NCBI GenBank assembly: GCA_964016885.1
Contig: OZ024740.1
Coordinates: 48,980,001 to 49,044,000, forward strand
Length of the DNA stretch: 64,000 nt
Direction: 5' to 3'
Origin: Eledone cirrhosa
Lineage: Eukaryota
The position numbers were made by a program, and so were the translations under genes. A model generated the notes under the pieces. The model had not been told where the DNA came from and did no database searches. It saw only the letters and a program-made list of their open reading frames with translations. The first letter of the stretch is position 1. Each line of letters opens with the position of its first letter. This document shows, piece by piece, positions 50,072 through 64,000 of the stretch.

Positions 50072-50368
50072 AATGCCTTTGACCATAAATCTGTTGGATA
50101 AGGATTGACTTGGGACTATGAGAAAGCAACAACACACAAATGTTTTAAGGCTATTATGTCTGCTAAAGTAGGGGTTACGCTTGCAAGCCCCATAGCAGGC
50201 TTCGTACTTATCAATGGGGTTCTTTTTGAGGCAAAGTTTTACAGCCAAATGACCTCCCTGACAATAATCCTTTTAGTCACTTCTTATAACATGCAGGTAT
50301 TGGTTTAATTTTAAGTGATTACTTCATGAAACAGTTTCTTCAATGAAATCTATTCCATGTCTTTTCAG

Positions 50369-50471
50369 ATGTTTATTCTTCATCCTACTATTCTGATAAC
50401 GATTTCACTTTTATTGATTATGATGGTTATGATACCCAAGTCTTCAAATTACCCTCTAGAGGAGTTCCAAG
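50369..50471 (+). CDS. DEPDC5: DEPDC5 exon 18
   Basis: DVYSSSYYSDNDFTFIDYDGYDTQVFKLPSRGVPR (human VDYDAYDAQVFRLP). Confidence 0.93.
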
Positions 50472-51145
50472 GTGAACAAATAAGACTTTTTCTATTTTCT
50501 TTGTTCTAGATATTATCTTCAAAACATTAAGCACATGAAAAATGATACATTTTCTTTCCATTATAGAAATTTCAAGTACTTAATATTAAATGAAATTATT
50601 TAATTATTTAACGAATATAACCAGTTTATATTTCTTTTCTTATAAAATAATTTTGTTACAAATTTTTAATTTTCTATTCAGCCTGTTGTGTTTGAAACAT
50701 TTGGGGGAATTAGTTTGTTGACACTGAAGTTCTTGTTGGCTTGCCTTACTGAGGTATCAGATGATGCCATGAGAGTGCTTGGTTATTCTAGTGCCTTAAC
50801 TTTGTTATCACTCCTGGCAATGCTGTGAGTGTGTTGGCTTGCCTAAAAAATTATTACGGAGAAACTCCTGTACCCCTCCTTGTGTGTGATTGAGTGTATT
50901 GGTCTTCTCCACCCCCTATTTTCTTTATTATTCCTCTCTTTTTTCTTCCTAATTATTCCCCACTTTTCCTTTCTTTTTTTCTTAGTTTGTGTATATCTGC
51001 GGTCTTATTCATTATATATATTGCATTAACATGTTTATTGATTTTCTGATGTAATTTGTATTAAATACTGGCAAAATCTTAAAAAAACAACTATCTGATC
51101 GAAAGATGTGTTTTTTTTTAATTAAGATTTTCTTTTATATTTTAG

Positions 51146-51369
51146 AATTAGTAAAGGCAGTGGCCATTTTAGTTCATTGAGGAAACGTCCTACTACAGTT
51201 GCTGAAGTAAAAAAGAACCGGAAGCCACGCACTCGATACATTTCCGATGACTTCTCTGGTCTTTTCACAGAGAATACACCCAAAAGTACTGCTACATCTC
51301 CTGCTATATCGATCCCTATTCAGAATTCAACAGAATTAGGGTCGCCCATAGTCAGTTATCCTCTTGCTG
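51146..51369 (+). CDS. DEPDC5: DEPDC5 exon 19 (Ser/Thr/basic linker)
   Basis: tttag|...|gtatga; open frame ISKGSGHFSSLRKRPTT...SYPLA; phases 2/1 fit the neighbouring exons. Confidence 0.85.
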
Positions 51370-51470
51370 GTATGATTTACTACAATGTCTTTTATTACAA
51401 TAATCTTTACAGTTAATTTGCATTTGTTAACTGTAAGTTGACAGACTTCTATAAACATCTTATAACTTAA

Positions 51471-51678
51471 CCCTTTAGCATTTTCATTACTCTATATTTA
51501 CTATTGTATTTTTATGGTGATGGCTTTATCTCACATAATATAGAATCTATGAGATTTTGATGTTATTTATATTCAGAACAATACCTAAATATTGGTATGA
51601 GCGGCTGGTTATGGCCAGTTTGAAGAGAAAGAGGTGAGAGAATTGTGGTTGGATATGGCCGGTTTAAATGCTAAAGGG
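51471..51678. mobile_element. piggyBac-type MITE, copy 5
   Basis: TTAA|ccctttagcattt...aaatgctaaaggg|TTAA; 208 bp. Confidence 0.88.
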
Positions 51679-51952
51679 TTAAATATCTAGAATAAATAAT
51701 AAATGTCTAGAATTTAGATATAATGTATTTAAAAAAATACTTACTACTGTATTTTACTCAGTTTGATTTCCAATCATCAACTGATGTCTTAATTCTGGAT
51801 GTAGACATTGTTTTAGTTGAATTTGAACAAGGGATATTTAATTTTAAACTAAGAATAACAAAGTATCTTAATTAGTTTGCTATTAGCACATTATAATTTT
51901 ATTTTATGAGTTTTACATTTGATATATTTCTTTGTTTTTTCTCCTGTTCTAG

Positions 51953-52165
51953 ATCGTTCAAATGCTCATGATTTTATTGGGTTAGCAGACAGTGATGACT
52001 GTACAGTTACTCGTCCAATTGTTGGCAGTGCTGGTTCTCCAGTTGGCCATTCTAGAAATTACCATCACAGGCCACGTAAAGCCCTAATCAATCCTTTTGC
52101 TCCTTCAAGAATGCGCTTCAAAATGACCTCAAATCGTCGGCGATGGGTACATGCCTTTCCAACAG
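51953..52165 (+). CDS. DEPDC5: DEPDC5 exon 20 (last exon seen; the gene continues beyond the window)
   Basis: VGSAGS...[29 protein letters not shown] (human [29 protein letters not shown]). Confidence 0.96.
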
Positions 52166-52639
52166 GTAGGGATATTTTTGGACTGTTTGGTTCTGTATCT
52201 TAATAGCTATGAGATATAGTATGTATGAGGTGATGGTTAGGTTGATATTGAAGTTCAGTGTTTATGTGGTTGAAGGTGAGATGGGTATAAGATACTGTGG
52301 ATGAGAGATTGAAGATGAGGCATAATGAGTGAGGTTTTGTGATGCAAGTGGTTGTAGGGGTGACACAAGGGCTGGGAAGTTGAGGTTGAAGGAGAGAGAT
52401 GCGATAGGTGTGAGGTTAAGATGATGATCTTCTAACTCCATGATCAAAGTTCATGGTCATGTGGATAAGAAGCTTGCAATGCAAACACATGATCCCCAGG
52501 TTTTATTTCACTGTGTAGAACATTGAGCAAATATCTTCTCTCACAGCCTTGGATTGACTAACACCTTGTAAGTGGAATTTGGTAGATGGAAGTTGTGGAA
52601 GCTTGTGTGTGTGAGTTAGCTATCATTGATGTATATCTT

Positions 52640-53078
52640 CTTTGCCCACTTATTCCCGAGAGCGTCGTGAGGGCAGAGTCCTCAAACACTCTTCCAGCAG
52701 CTCCTGTCAGCAGCAACCATCTCCAACTGATCCAGCTGCATCTCCAAGTGGGACCAGCCAAGCCTATGGATGTTATCCAACCATCTTGCTCAGGGTCTAC
52801 CCCTGGGTCTCCTACCTGTTGGTTTTGTCTGTAAAATCTGTCTAGCGATTCTTTCCTAAGACATTCTAAGCACATAGTATCAGAGCTGTGATCTCTCAAT
52901 TTGGAGAAATAGTGGCTCCACCTGGAGTAACACTCTGGTTGTGAGGGCGAGTCATCAAACACTCCCTCCAGCGTCTCCAATTGATCTGACTGGATCCCCA
53001 TAGTACTGGAGCTGTGATCTCTCAATTCGGAGAAGAATAGACTCTACTTCGAGTAACTCTCTGATCTCCGAACTACCC
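52640..53078 (-). mobile_element. Rex3/Expander-like RTE 3' fragment
   Basis: Matches 27040-27300 and 29090-29340 in reverse; internal duplication of gagctgtgatctctcaatt. Confidence 0.8.
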
Positions 53079-53080
53079 AC

Positions 53081-56000
53081 TATATTGGATGGTATGGGTG
53101 GGATATATTGGATGGTATGGGTGGGATATATTGGATGGTATGGGTTGGGTATATTGGATGGTATGGGTGGGATATATTGGATGGTATGGGTTGGATATAT
53201 TGGATGGTATGGGTGGGATATATTGGATGGTATCGGTGGGATATATTGGATGGTATGGGTTGGGTATATTGGATGGTATGGGTGGGATATATTGGATGGT
53301 ATAGGTTGGATATATTGGATGGTATGGGTGGGATATATTGGATGGTATCGGTTGGATATATTGGATGGTATGGGTGGGATATATTGGATGGTATCGGTTG
53401 GATTTATTGGATGGTATGGGTTGGGTATATTGGATGGTATGGGTGGGATATATTGGATGGTATGGGTTGGGTATATTGGATGGTATGGGTGGGATATATT
53501 GGATGGTATCGGTTGGATATATTGGATGGTATGGGTGGGATATATTGGATGGTATCGGTTGGATTTATTGGATGGTATGGGTTGGGTATATTGGATGGTA
53601 TGGGTTGGGTATATTGGATGGTATCGGTTGGATTTATTGGATGGTATGGGTTGGGTATATTGGATGGTATGGGTTGGGTATATTGGTTGGTATAGGTTGG
53701 ATATATTGGATGGTATGGGTTGGGTATATTGGATGGTATGGGTTGGGTATATTGGTTGGTATAGGTTGGATATATTGGATGGTATGGGTTGGGTATATTG
53801 GTTGGTATAGGTTGGATATATTGGATGGTATGGGTTGGGTATATTGGATGGTATGGGTTGGGTATATTGGTTGGTATAGGTTGGATATATTGGATGGTAT
53901 GGGTTGGGTATATTGGATGGTATAGGTTGGATATATTGGATGGTATAGGTTGGGTATATTGGATGGTATGGGTTGGGTATATTGGATGGTATGGGTGGGA
54001 TATATTGGATGGTATCGGTTGGATATATTGGATGATATGGGTTGGGTATATTGGATGGTATGGGTGGGATATATTGGATGGTATCGGTTGGATTTATTGG
54101 ATGGTATGGGTTGGGTATATTGGATGGTATGGGTTGGGTATATTGGTTGGTATAGGTTGGATATATTGGATGGTATGGGTTGGGTATATTGGATGGTATA
54201 GGTTGGATATATTGGATGGTATAGGTTGGGTATATTGGATGGTATGGGTTGGGTATATTGGATGGTATGGGTGGGATATATTGGATGGTATCGGTTGGGT
54301 ATATTGGATGGTATGGGTGGGATATATTGGATGGTATCGGTTGGGTATATTGGATGGTATGGGTGGGATATATTGGATGGTATCGGTTGGATTTATTGGA
54401 TGGTATGGGTTGGGTATATTGGATGGTATGGGTTGGGTATATTGGATGGTATCGGTTGGATTTATTGGATGGTATGGGTTGGGTATATTGGATGGTATGG
54501 GTTGGGTATATTGGTTGGTATAGGTTGGATATATTGGATGGTATGGGTTGGGTATATTGGATGGTATGGGTTGGGTATATTGGTTGGTATAGGTTGGATA
54601 TATTGGATGGTATGGGTTGGGTATATTGGTTGGTATAGGTTGGATATATTGGATGGTATGGGTTGGGTATATTGGATGGTATGGGTTGGGTATATTGGTT
54701 GGTATAGGTTGGATATATTGGATGGTATGGGTTGGGTATATTGGATGGTATAGGTTGGATATATTGGATGGTATAGGTTGGGTATATTGGATGGTATGGG
54801 TTGGGTATATTGGATGGTATGGGTGGGATATATTGGTGGGTATCGGTTGGATATATTGGATGGTATTGGTTGGGTATATTGGATGGTATGGGTGGGATAT
54901 ATTGGATGGTATCGGTTGGATTTATTGGATGGTATGGGTTGGGTATATTGGATGGTATGGGTTGGGTATATTGGTTGGTATAGGTTGGATATATTGGATG
55001 GTATGGGTTGGGTATATTGGATGGTATAGGTTGGATATATTGGATGGTATAGGTTGGGTATATTGGATGGTATGGGTTGGGTATATTGGATGGTATGGGT
55101 GGGATATATTGGATGGTATCGGTTGGGTATATTGGATGGTATGGGTGGGATATATTGGATGGTATCGGTTGGATTTATTGGATGGTATGGGTTGGGTATA
55201 TTGGATGGTATGGGTTGGGTATATTGGATGGTATCGGTTGGATTTATTGGATGGTATGGGTTGGGTATATTGGATGGTATGGGTTGGGTATATTGGTTGG
55301 TATAGGTTGGATATATTGGATGGTATGGGTTGGGTATATTGGATGGTATGGGTTGGGTATATTGGTTGGTATAGGTTGGATATATTGGATGGTATGGGTT
55401 GGGTATATTGGTTGGTATAGGTTGGATATATTGGATGGTATGGGTTGGGTATATTGGATGGTATGGGTTGGGTATATTGGTTGGTATAGGTTGGATATAT
55501 TGGATGGTATGGGTTGGGTATATTGGATGGTATAGGTTGGATATATTGGATGGTATAGGTTGGGTATATTGGATGGTATGGGTTGGGTATATTGGATGGT
55601 ATGGGTGGGATATATTGGATGGTATCGGTTGGATATATTGGATGGTATGGGTTGGGTATATTGGATGGTATGGGTGGGATATATTGGATGGTATCGGTTG
55701 GATTTATTGGATGGTATGGGTTGGGTATATTGGATGGTATGGGTTGGGTATATTGGTTGGTATAGGTTGGATATATTGGATGGTATGGGTTGGGTATATT
55801 GGATGGTATAGGTTGGATATATTGGATGGTATAGGTTGGGTATATTGGATGGTATGGGTTGGGTATATTGGATGGTATGGGTGGGATATATTGGATGGTA
55901 TCGGTTGGGTATATTGGATGGTATGGGTGGGATATATTGGATGGTATCGGTTGGGTATATTGGATGGTATGGATTGGGTATATTGGTTGGTATAGGTTGG

Positions 56001-56779
56001 ATATATTGGATGGTATGGGTTGGGTATATTGGATGGTATGGGTGGGATATATTGGATGGTATAGGTTGGATATATTGGATGGTATGGGTTGGGTATATTG
56101 GATGGTATGGGTTGGGTATATTGGTTGGTATAGGTTGGATATATTGGATGGTATAGGTTGGGTATATTGGATGGTATAGGTTGGATATATTGGATGGTTT
56201 GGGTTGGGTATATTGGATGGTAGTTATATAGGATGGTATGGGTTGGGTATAATGCATGGTATATGTTGGGTATATTGGATGGTATAGGTTGGGTATATTG
56301 GATGGTATTGGTTGGATATATTGGTTGGTATGGGTGGGATATATTGGTTGGTATGGGTGGGATATATTGGTTGGTATGGGTGGGATATATTGGATGGTAT
56401 GGGTTGGGTATATTGGATGGTATGGGTTGGGTATATTGGATGGTATAGGTTGGATATATTGGATGGTATGGGTTGGGTATATTGGATGGTAGTTATATAG
56501 GATGGTATGGGTTGGGTATATTGCATGGTATATGTTGGGTATATTGGATGGTATAGGTTGGGTATATTGGATGGTATTGGTTGGATATATTGGTTGGTAT
56601 GGGTGGGATATATTGGTTGGTATGGGTGGGATATATTGGTTGGTATGGGTGGGATATATTGGATGGTATGGGTTGGGTATATTGGATGGTATGGGTTGGG
56701 TATATTGGATGGTATAGGTTGGGTATATTGGATGGTATAGGTTGGATATATTGGATGGTATGGGTTGGATATATTGGAT
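53081..56779. repeat. 23-bp G/T-rich satellite (about 160 units) with higher-order structure
   Basis: Unit tattggatggtatgggttgggta with variants; the ORFs here are artefacts of the repeat. Confidence 0.97.
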
Positions 56780-59700
56780 GGTATATATTAGATATATCTA
56801 CTGTACAATATCTCTCTACAATGGTATATATTAGATATATCTATTGTACAATATCTCTCTGCAATGGTATATATTAGATATATCTACTGTACAATATCTC
56901 TCTACAATGGTATATATTAGATATATCTACTGTACAATATCTCTCTACAGTGGTATATATTAAATATATCTACTGTACAATATCTCTCTATAATGGTATA
57001 TATTAGATATATCTACTGTACAATATCTCTCTATGGTGGTATATATTAGATATATCTACTGTACAATATCTCTCTATGGTGGTATATATTAGATATATCT
57101 ACTGTACAATATCTCTCTACAATGGTATATATTAGATATATCTACTGCACAATATCTCTCTATAATGGTATATATTAGATATATCTACTGTACAATATCT
57201 CTCTACAATGGTATATATTAGATATATCGACTGTACAATATCTCTCTACAATGGTATATATTAGATATATCTACTGTACAATATCTCTCTACAGTGGTAT
57301 ATATTAGATATATCTACTGTACCATATCTCTCTACAATGGTATATATTAGATATATCTACTGTACAATATCTCTCTACAATGGTATATATTAGATATATC
57401 TACTGTACAATATCTCTCTACAATGGTATATATTAGATATATCTACTGTACAATATCTCTCTATAATGGTATATATTAGATATATCTACTGTACAATATC
57501 TCTCTACAATGGTATATATTAGATATATCTACTGTACAATATCTCTCTACAGTGATATATATTAGATATATCTACTGTACAATATCTCTCTACAATGGTA
57601 TATATTAGATATATCTACTGTACAATATCTCTCTATAATGGTATATATTAGATATATCTACTGTACAATATCTCTCTACAATGGTATATATTAGATATAT
57701 CTACTGTAAATATCTCTCTACAATGGTATATATTAGATATATCTACTGTACAATATCTCTCTATGGTGGTATATATTAGATATATTTACTGTACAATATC
57801 TCTCTACAATGGTATATATTAGATATATCTACTGTACAATATCTCTCTACAGTGGTATATATTAGATATATCTACTGTACAATATCTCTCTACAATGGTA
57901 TATATTAGATATATCTACTGTATAATATCTCTCTACAGTAGTATATGTTAGATATATCTACTGTACAATATCTCTCTATAATGGTATATATTAGATATAT
58001 CTACTGTATAATATCTCTCTACAGTGGTATATATTAGATATATCTACTGTACAATATCTCTCTACAATGGTATATATTAGATATATCTACTGTACAATAT
58101 CTCTCTATGGTGGTATATATTAGATATATCTACTGTACAATATCTCTCTACAATGGTATATATTAGATATATCTACTGTACAATATCTCTCTACAATGGT
58201 ATATATTAGATATATCTACTGTACAATATCTCTCTATGGTGGTATATATTAGATATATCTACTGTACAATATCTCTCTATAATGGTATATATTAGATATA
58301 TCTACTGTATAATATCTCTCTATAATGGTATATATTAGATATATCTACTGTACAATATCTCTCTATGGTGGTATATATTAGATATATCTACTGTACAATA
58401 TCTCTCTACAATGGTATATATTAGATATATCTACTGTACAATATCTCTCTATGGTGGTATATATTAGATATATCTACTGTACAATATCTCTCTACAATGG
58501 TATATATTAGATATATCTACTGTACAATATCTCTCTACAATGGTATATATTAGATATATCTACTGTATAATATCTCTCTACAATGGTATATATTAGATAT
58601 ATCTACTGTATAATATCTCTCTACAGTAGTATATATTAGATAAGGCTACTAAATGAGGAGAATAAATGGGAGAAAGACAGTCTCCCCCACATCGACCCAA
58701 TAGAGGGACCAGCAGTGTTAATCAAGGGTAGTATAATAAGTCAGGCAATCAAGGATATGAAGACGGGTAAGGCGGCTGGGCCTTCTGAAATAGTTGCTGA
58801 GATGCTGAAGGCATCTGGCACGGTGGGACACACCATGGTCACCCGGATAGTTAACCAAGTCGTACAGAATGGGGTTGTTCTGAAGGACTGGCATAGCAGC
58901 ATCATCGTTAACTGTTATAAGGGTAAAGGAGATGCCCTAGATAGGAGTAACTATAGAGGCATTAAATTAATCGACCAGGTCATGAAGGTCACGGAAAAAG
59001 TAATAGCGCAACTAATCAGAGAGAGAATTGACCTAGATGAAATGCAATTCGGGTTTGTGTCAGGCAAAAGTACCACAGACGCTCTTTTCATTGTACGACA
59101 ACTACAGGAGAAGTACCTAGCTAAAAGTAAACCCCTCTACTTAGCTTTTGTCGACTTGGAGAAAGCCTTCGACAGAGTCCCCCGTTCCATTATCTGGTGG
59201 GCCCTTAGAAAACTAGGTGTCGACGAATGGCTTGTGAGAGCTATACAAGCCATGTATAACGAAACAGTCAGCAAGGTTAGAATTAACAACGAATATAGTG
59301 AAGAGTTTAGCGTAAAAGTTGGCGTCCATCAGGGCTCTGTTCTCAGCCCCCTACTATTTATTATTGCCCTTCAGGCTATAACAGAGGAGTTCAAGACCGG
59401 CTGCCCATGGGAACTCCTATACGCAGACGACCTAACACTCATAGCTGAATCAATGGCCGAGCTAGAGAAGAAATTCCAAACATGGAAGCACGGCCTAGAA
59501 TCAAAAGGCCTTAAAATTAATCTGGCTAAGACCAAAGTTCTAGTTTGTAGGAAAGAAAATAAGGCGGCGGTCCCTTCTGGAAATAGTCATGCTCAGTGTG
59601 TAGGAAAGGCGTAGGTAGAAACTCCATTTTGTGTCAGAAATGCAAAGTATGGGTGCATAAAAGATGTAGTGGGATCACAGGTAAGCTAACTAAGAACAGA

Positions 59701-62700
59701 TTTCACATGTGGCCGGTGCTCTGGTGCAATAAGTAGCAGCAAGTGCCCACAAAATACTAGCTCTTTCAACTGCGCAGAGGGCTCTATAGAAATAGTGGAC
59801 AGCTTCCGTTACCTGTGTGACAAAATCAGCAGTGGTGGAGGGTGCTCTGAAAGTACAGTAGCTAGAGTCAGAACTGGATGGAAAAAGTTCAGAGAGCTTA
59901 TACCACTATTAGCCGCTAAAGGGTTCTCCCTAAAAACGAAAGGCAGGTTGTATGATGCCTGCATACGAACAGCAATGTTGCATGGCAGTGAGACCTGAGC
60001 ATTGTGTGCAGAGGATATACGCAGACTAGAGAGGAACGAAGCTTGCATGCTCCGCTGGATGTGTAATAGTAATATACGTGAACGGCAAAGCATAAACGAA
60101 CTAAGGAAAAAATTAGAAATAAGAGGGATCAGATATTGTTTACTCGAGAGAAGGCTACGTTGGTATGGACACGTGATGCGCATGAAAGCCGATAGCTGTA
60201 TAACAAAGTGCAGGGCAATAAAGATAGACGGTAGCCACGGAATAGGCAGACCCAGAAAAACCTGGGACGAACTGATAAACTCCGACCTCACACACTTACA
60301 CCTCTCCAAGACAATGTCACTGGACCGAGACCTTTGGTGGTACTCAGTAATAGAGAAGACCCGCCTTACCTAAATACATACTACAGTCAGTAGGCATCTC
60401 TAACAAAATACACCCCCGTCCCACCACCCCCACCCCATCCACACCGCCCCCTTCTATGTAAAGTTATATTGGTGCCACACCATCCAGGCCGAAACAAATG
60501 AGATCGTGTAGGTGTCACGACAAAAAACACACAGTCCACACTGTAATGTGGCCGAGTAGGCAACACGGTAAAAACCTCCCAGACCCACACTGAAAATGTG
60601 GTTGGTGTTAGGAAGGGCATCCAACTGTAGAAAACCTGCCAGAAAGTCCTATGCGAGCAAGACAATCACTCTTGCTTCAAGTGGGAAAACCCCCGTCCAA
60701 ACCCATGCAAGCGTGGAACACGGATGTTAAACGTTGATGATGATGATCTACTGTACAATATCTCTCTATGGTGGTATATATTAGATATATCTACTGTACA
60801 ATATCTCCCTACAATGGTATATATTAGATATATCTACTGTACAATATCTCTCTACAATGGTATATATTAGATATATCTACTGTACAATATCTCTCTATGG
60901 TGGTATATATTAGATATATCTACTGTACAATATCTCTCTATGGTGGTATATATTAGATATATCTACTGTACAATATCTTTATACAATGGTATATATTAGA
61001 TATATCTACTGTATAATATCTCTCTACAGTGGTATATATTAAATATATCTACTGTACAATATCTCTCTATGGTGGTATATATTAGATATATCTACTGTAC
61101 AATATCTCTCTACAATGGTATATATTAGATATATCTAATGTACAATATCTCTCTACAATGGTATATATTAGATATATCTACTGTACAATATCTCTCTATA
61201 GTGGTATATATTATATATATCTACTGTACAATATCTCTCTACAGTGGTATATATTAGATATATCTACTGTACAATATCTCTCTACAGTGGTATATATTAG
61301 ATATATCTACTGTACAATATCTCTCTATGGTGGTATATATTAGATATATCTACTGTACAATATCTCTCTACAATGGTATATATTAGATATATCTACTGTA
61401 CAATATCTCTCTATAATGGTATATATTAGATATATCTACTGTACAATATCTCTCTATGGTGGTATATATTAGATATATCTACTGTACAATATCTCTCTAT
61501 GGTGGTATATATTATATATATCTACTGTACAATATCTCTCTATAATGGTATATATTAGATATATCTACTGTATAATATCTCTCTATAATGGTATATATTA
61601 GATATATCTACTGTACAATATCTCTCTATGGTGGTATATATTAGATATATCTACTGTACAATATCTCTCTATGGTGGTATATATTAGATATATCTACTGT
61701 ACAATATCTCTCTACAATGGTATATATTAGATATATCTACTGTACAATATCTCTCTATGGTGGTATATATTAGATATATCTACTGTACAATATCTCTCTA
61801 CAATGGTATATATTAGATATATCTACTGTATAATATCTCTCTACAATGGTATATATTAGATATATCTACTGTACAATATCTCTCTACAATGATATATATT
61901 AGATATATCTACTGTACAATATCTCTCTACAATGGTATATATTAGATATATCTACTGTATAATATCTCTCTACAGTGGTATATATTAGATATATCTACTG
62001 CACAATATCTCTCTATAATGGTATATATTAGATATATCTACTGTACAATATCTCTCTACAATGGTATATATTAGATATATCTACTGTACAATATCTCTCT
62101 ACAATGGTATATATTAGATATATCTACTGTACAATATCTCTCTACAATGGTATATATTAGATATATCTACTGTACAATATCTCTCTACAATGGTATATAT
62201 TAGATATATCTACTGTACAATATCTCTCTACAATGGTATATATTAGATATATCTACTGTACAATATCTCTCTACAATGGTATATATTAGATATATCTACT
62301 GTATAATATCTCTCTACAGTGGTATATATTAGATATATCTACTGTACAATATCTCTCTATGGTGGTATATATTAGATATATCTACTGTACAATATCTCTC
62401 TATAATGGTATATAGATATATCTACTGTATAATATCTCTCTATAATGGTATATATTAGATATATCTACTGTACAATATCTCTCTATGGTGGTATATATTA
62501 GATATATCTACTGTACAATATCTCTCTACAATGGTATATATTAGATATATCTACTGTACAATATCTCTCTACAATGGTATATATTAGATATATCTACTGT
62601 ACAATATCTTTCTATGGTGGTATATATTAGATATATCTACTGTACAATATCTTTCTATGGTGGTATATATTAGATATATCTACTGTACAATATCTCTACA

Positions 62701-64000
62701 GTGGTATATATTAGATATATCTACTGTACAATATCTCTCTACAATGGTATATATTAGATATATCTACTGTACAATATCTCTCTACAATGGTATATATTAG
62801 ATATATCTACTGTACAATATCTCTCTACAGTGGTATATATTAGATATATCTACTGTACAATATCTCTCTACAATGGTATATATTAGATATATCTACTGTA
62901 CAATATCTCTCTACAATGGTATATATTAGATATATCTACTGTACAATATCTCTCTACAATGGTATATATTAGATATATCTACTGTACAATATCTCTCTAC
63001 AATGGTATATATTAGATATATCTACTGTATAATATCTCTCTACAGTGGTATATATTAGATATATCTACTGTACAATATCTCTCTATGGTGGTATATATTA
63101 GATATATCTACTGTACAATATCTCTCTATAATGGTATATATTAGATATATCTACTGTATAATATCTCTCTATAATGGTATATATTAGATATATCTACTGT
63201 ACAATATCTCTCTATGGTGGTATATATTAGATATATCTACTGTACAATATCTCTCTATGGTGGTATATATTAGATATATCTACTGTACAATATCTCTCTA
63301 CAATGGTATATATTAGATATATCTACTGTACAATATCTCTCTACAATGGTATATATTAGATATATCTACTGTACAATATCTCTCTACAGTGGTATATATT
63401 AGATATATCTACTGTACAATATCTTTCTATGGTGGTATATATTAGATATATCTACTGTACAATATCTCTCTATGGTGGTATATATTAGATATATCTACTG
63501 TACAATATCTCTCTACAATGGTATATATTAGATATATCTACTGTACAATATCTCTCTACAATGGTATATATTAGATATATCTACTGTACAATATCTCTCT
63601 ACAGTGGTATATATTAGATATATCTACTGTACAATATCTCTCTACAATGGTATATATTAGATATATCTACTGTACAATATCTCTCTACAATGGTATATAT
63701 TAGATATATTTACTGTACAATATCTCTCTACAATGGTATGTATTAGATATATCTACTGTACAATATCTCTCTATGGTGGTATATATTAGATATATCTACT
63801 GTACGATATCTCTCTACGATGGTATATATTAGATATATCTACTGTACAATATCTCTCTACAATGGTATATATTAGATATATCTACTGTACAATATCTCTC
63901 TACAATGGTATATATTAGATATATCTACTGTACAATATCTCTCTATGGTGGTATATATTAGATATATCTACTGTACAATATCTCTCTACAGTGGTATATA
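56780..64000. repeat. 43-bp AT-rich satellite, interrupted by an RTE and running off the window end
   Basis: Unit ggtatatattagatatatctactgtacaatatctctcta(caat/taat/tggt/cagt). Confidence 0.97.
58643..60747 (+). mobile_element. RTE LINE family A, 5'-truncated, with an intact RT core
   Basis: ORF 58715-59614 has QFGF, DLEKAFDRVPR, GVHQGSVLSPLLF and LLYADDL; frameshifts follow around 59585-59700; (GAT)n tail. Confidence 0.95.

Noticed and set aside
53085-56877. Many long W/G/Y-rich ORFs and their P/I/Y-rich antisense ORFs
   Set aside because: They are translations of the 23-bp satellite cycling through all three frames; not genes.
56780-64000. CRISPR-like appearance (palindromic repeat with a variable slot)
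   Set aside because: The variable part is only about 4 nt drawn from a few alleles, with no unique spacers and no cas genes in a eukaryotic intron.

Overview
Repeat-rich, AT-rich animal genomic DNA. The LINE/SINE families look like those of a coleoid cephalopod, probably Octopus (inference only). The host gene is the 5' part of DEPDC5 (Iml1, GATOR1 subunit) on the + strand. I reconstructed 20 coding exons between 6219 and 52165, all with GT-AG sites and consistent phases, giving 1915 nt (about 638 codons); the gene continues beyond the window. Its introns hold many RTE-clade LINE copies, including one family whose RT carries a C4HC3 PHD-like finger and a second Rex3/Expander-like family. Also present are CR1 LINEs, a CRE-like remnant, a non-autonomous Helitron, a mariner remnant, five piggyBac-type MITEs, tRNA-derived SINEs and three satellites (26, 23 and 43 bp). 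The most notable unexplained structures are two hammerhead-ribozyme motifs (one at the apex of a ~290-bp fold-back element), the PHD-in-RT retrotransposon, several long intronic fold-backs, an RTE inserted at a satellite palindrome axis, and a uORF overlapping the DEPDC5 start.
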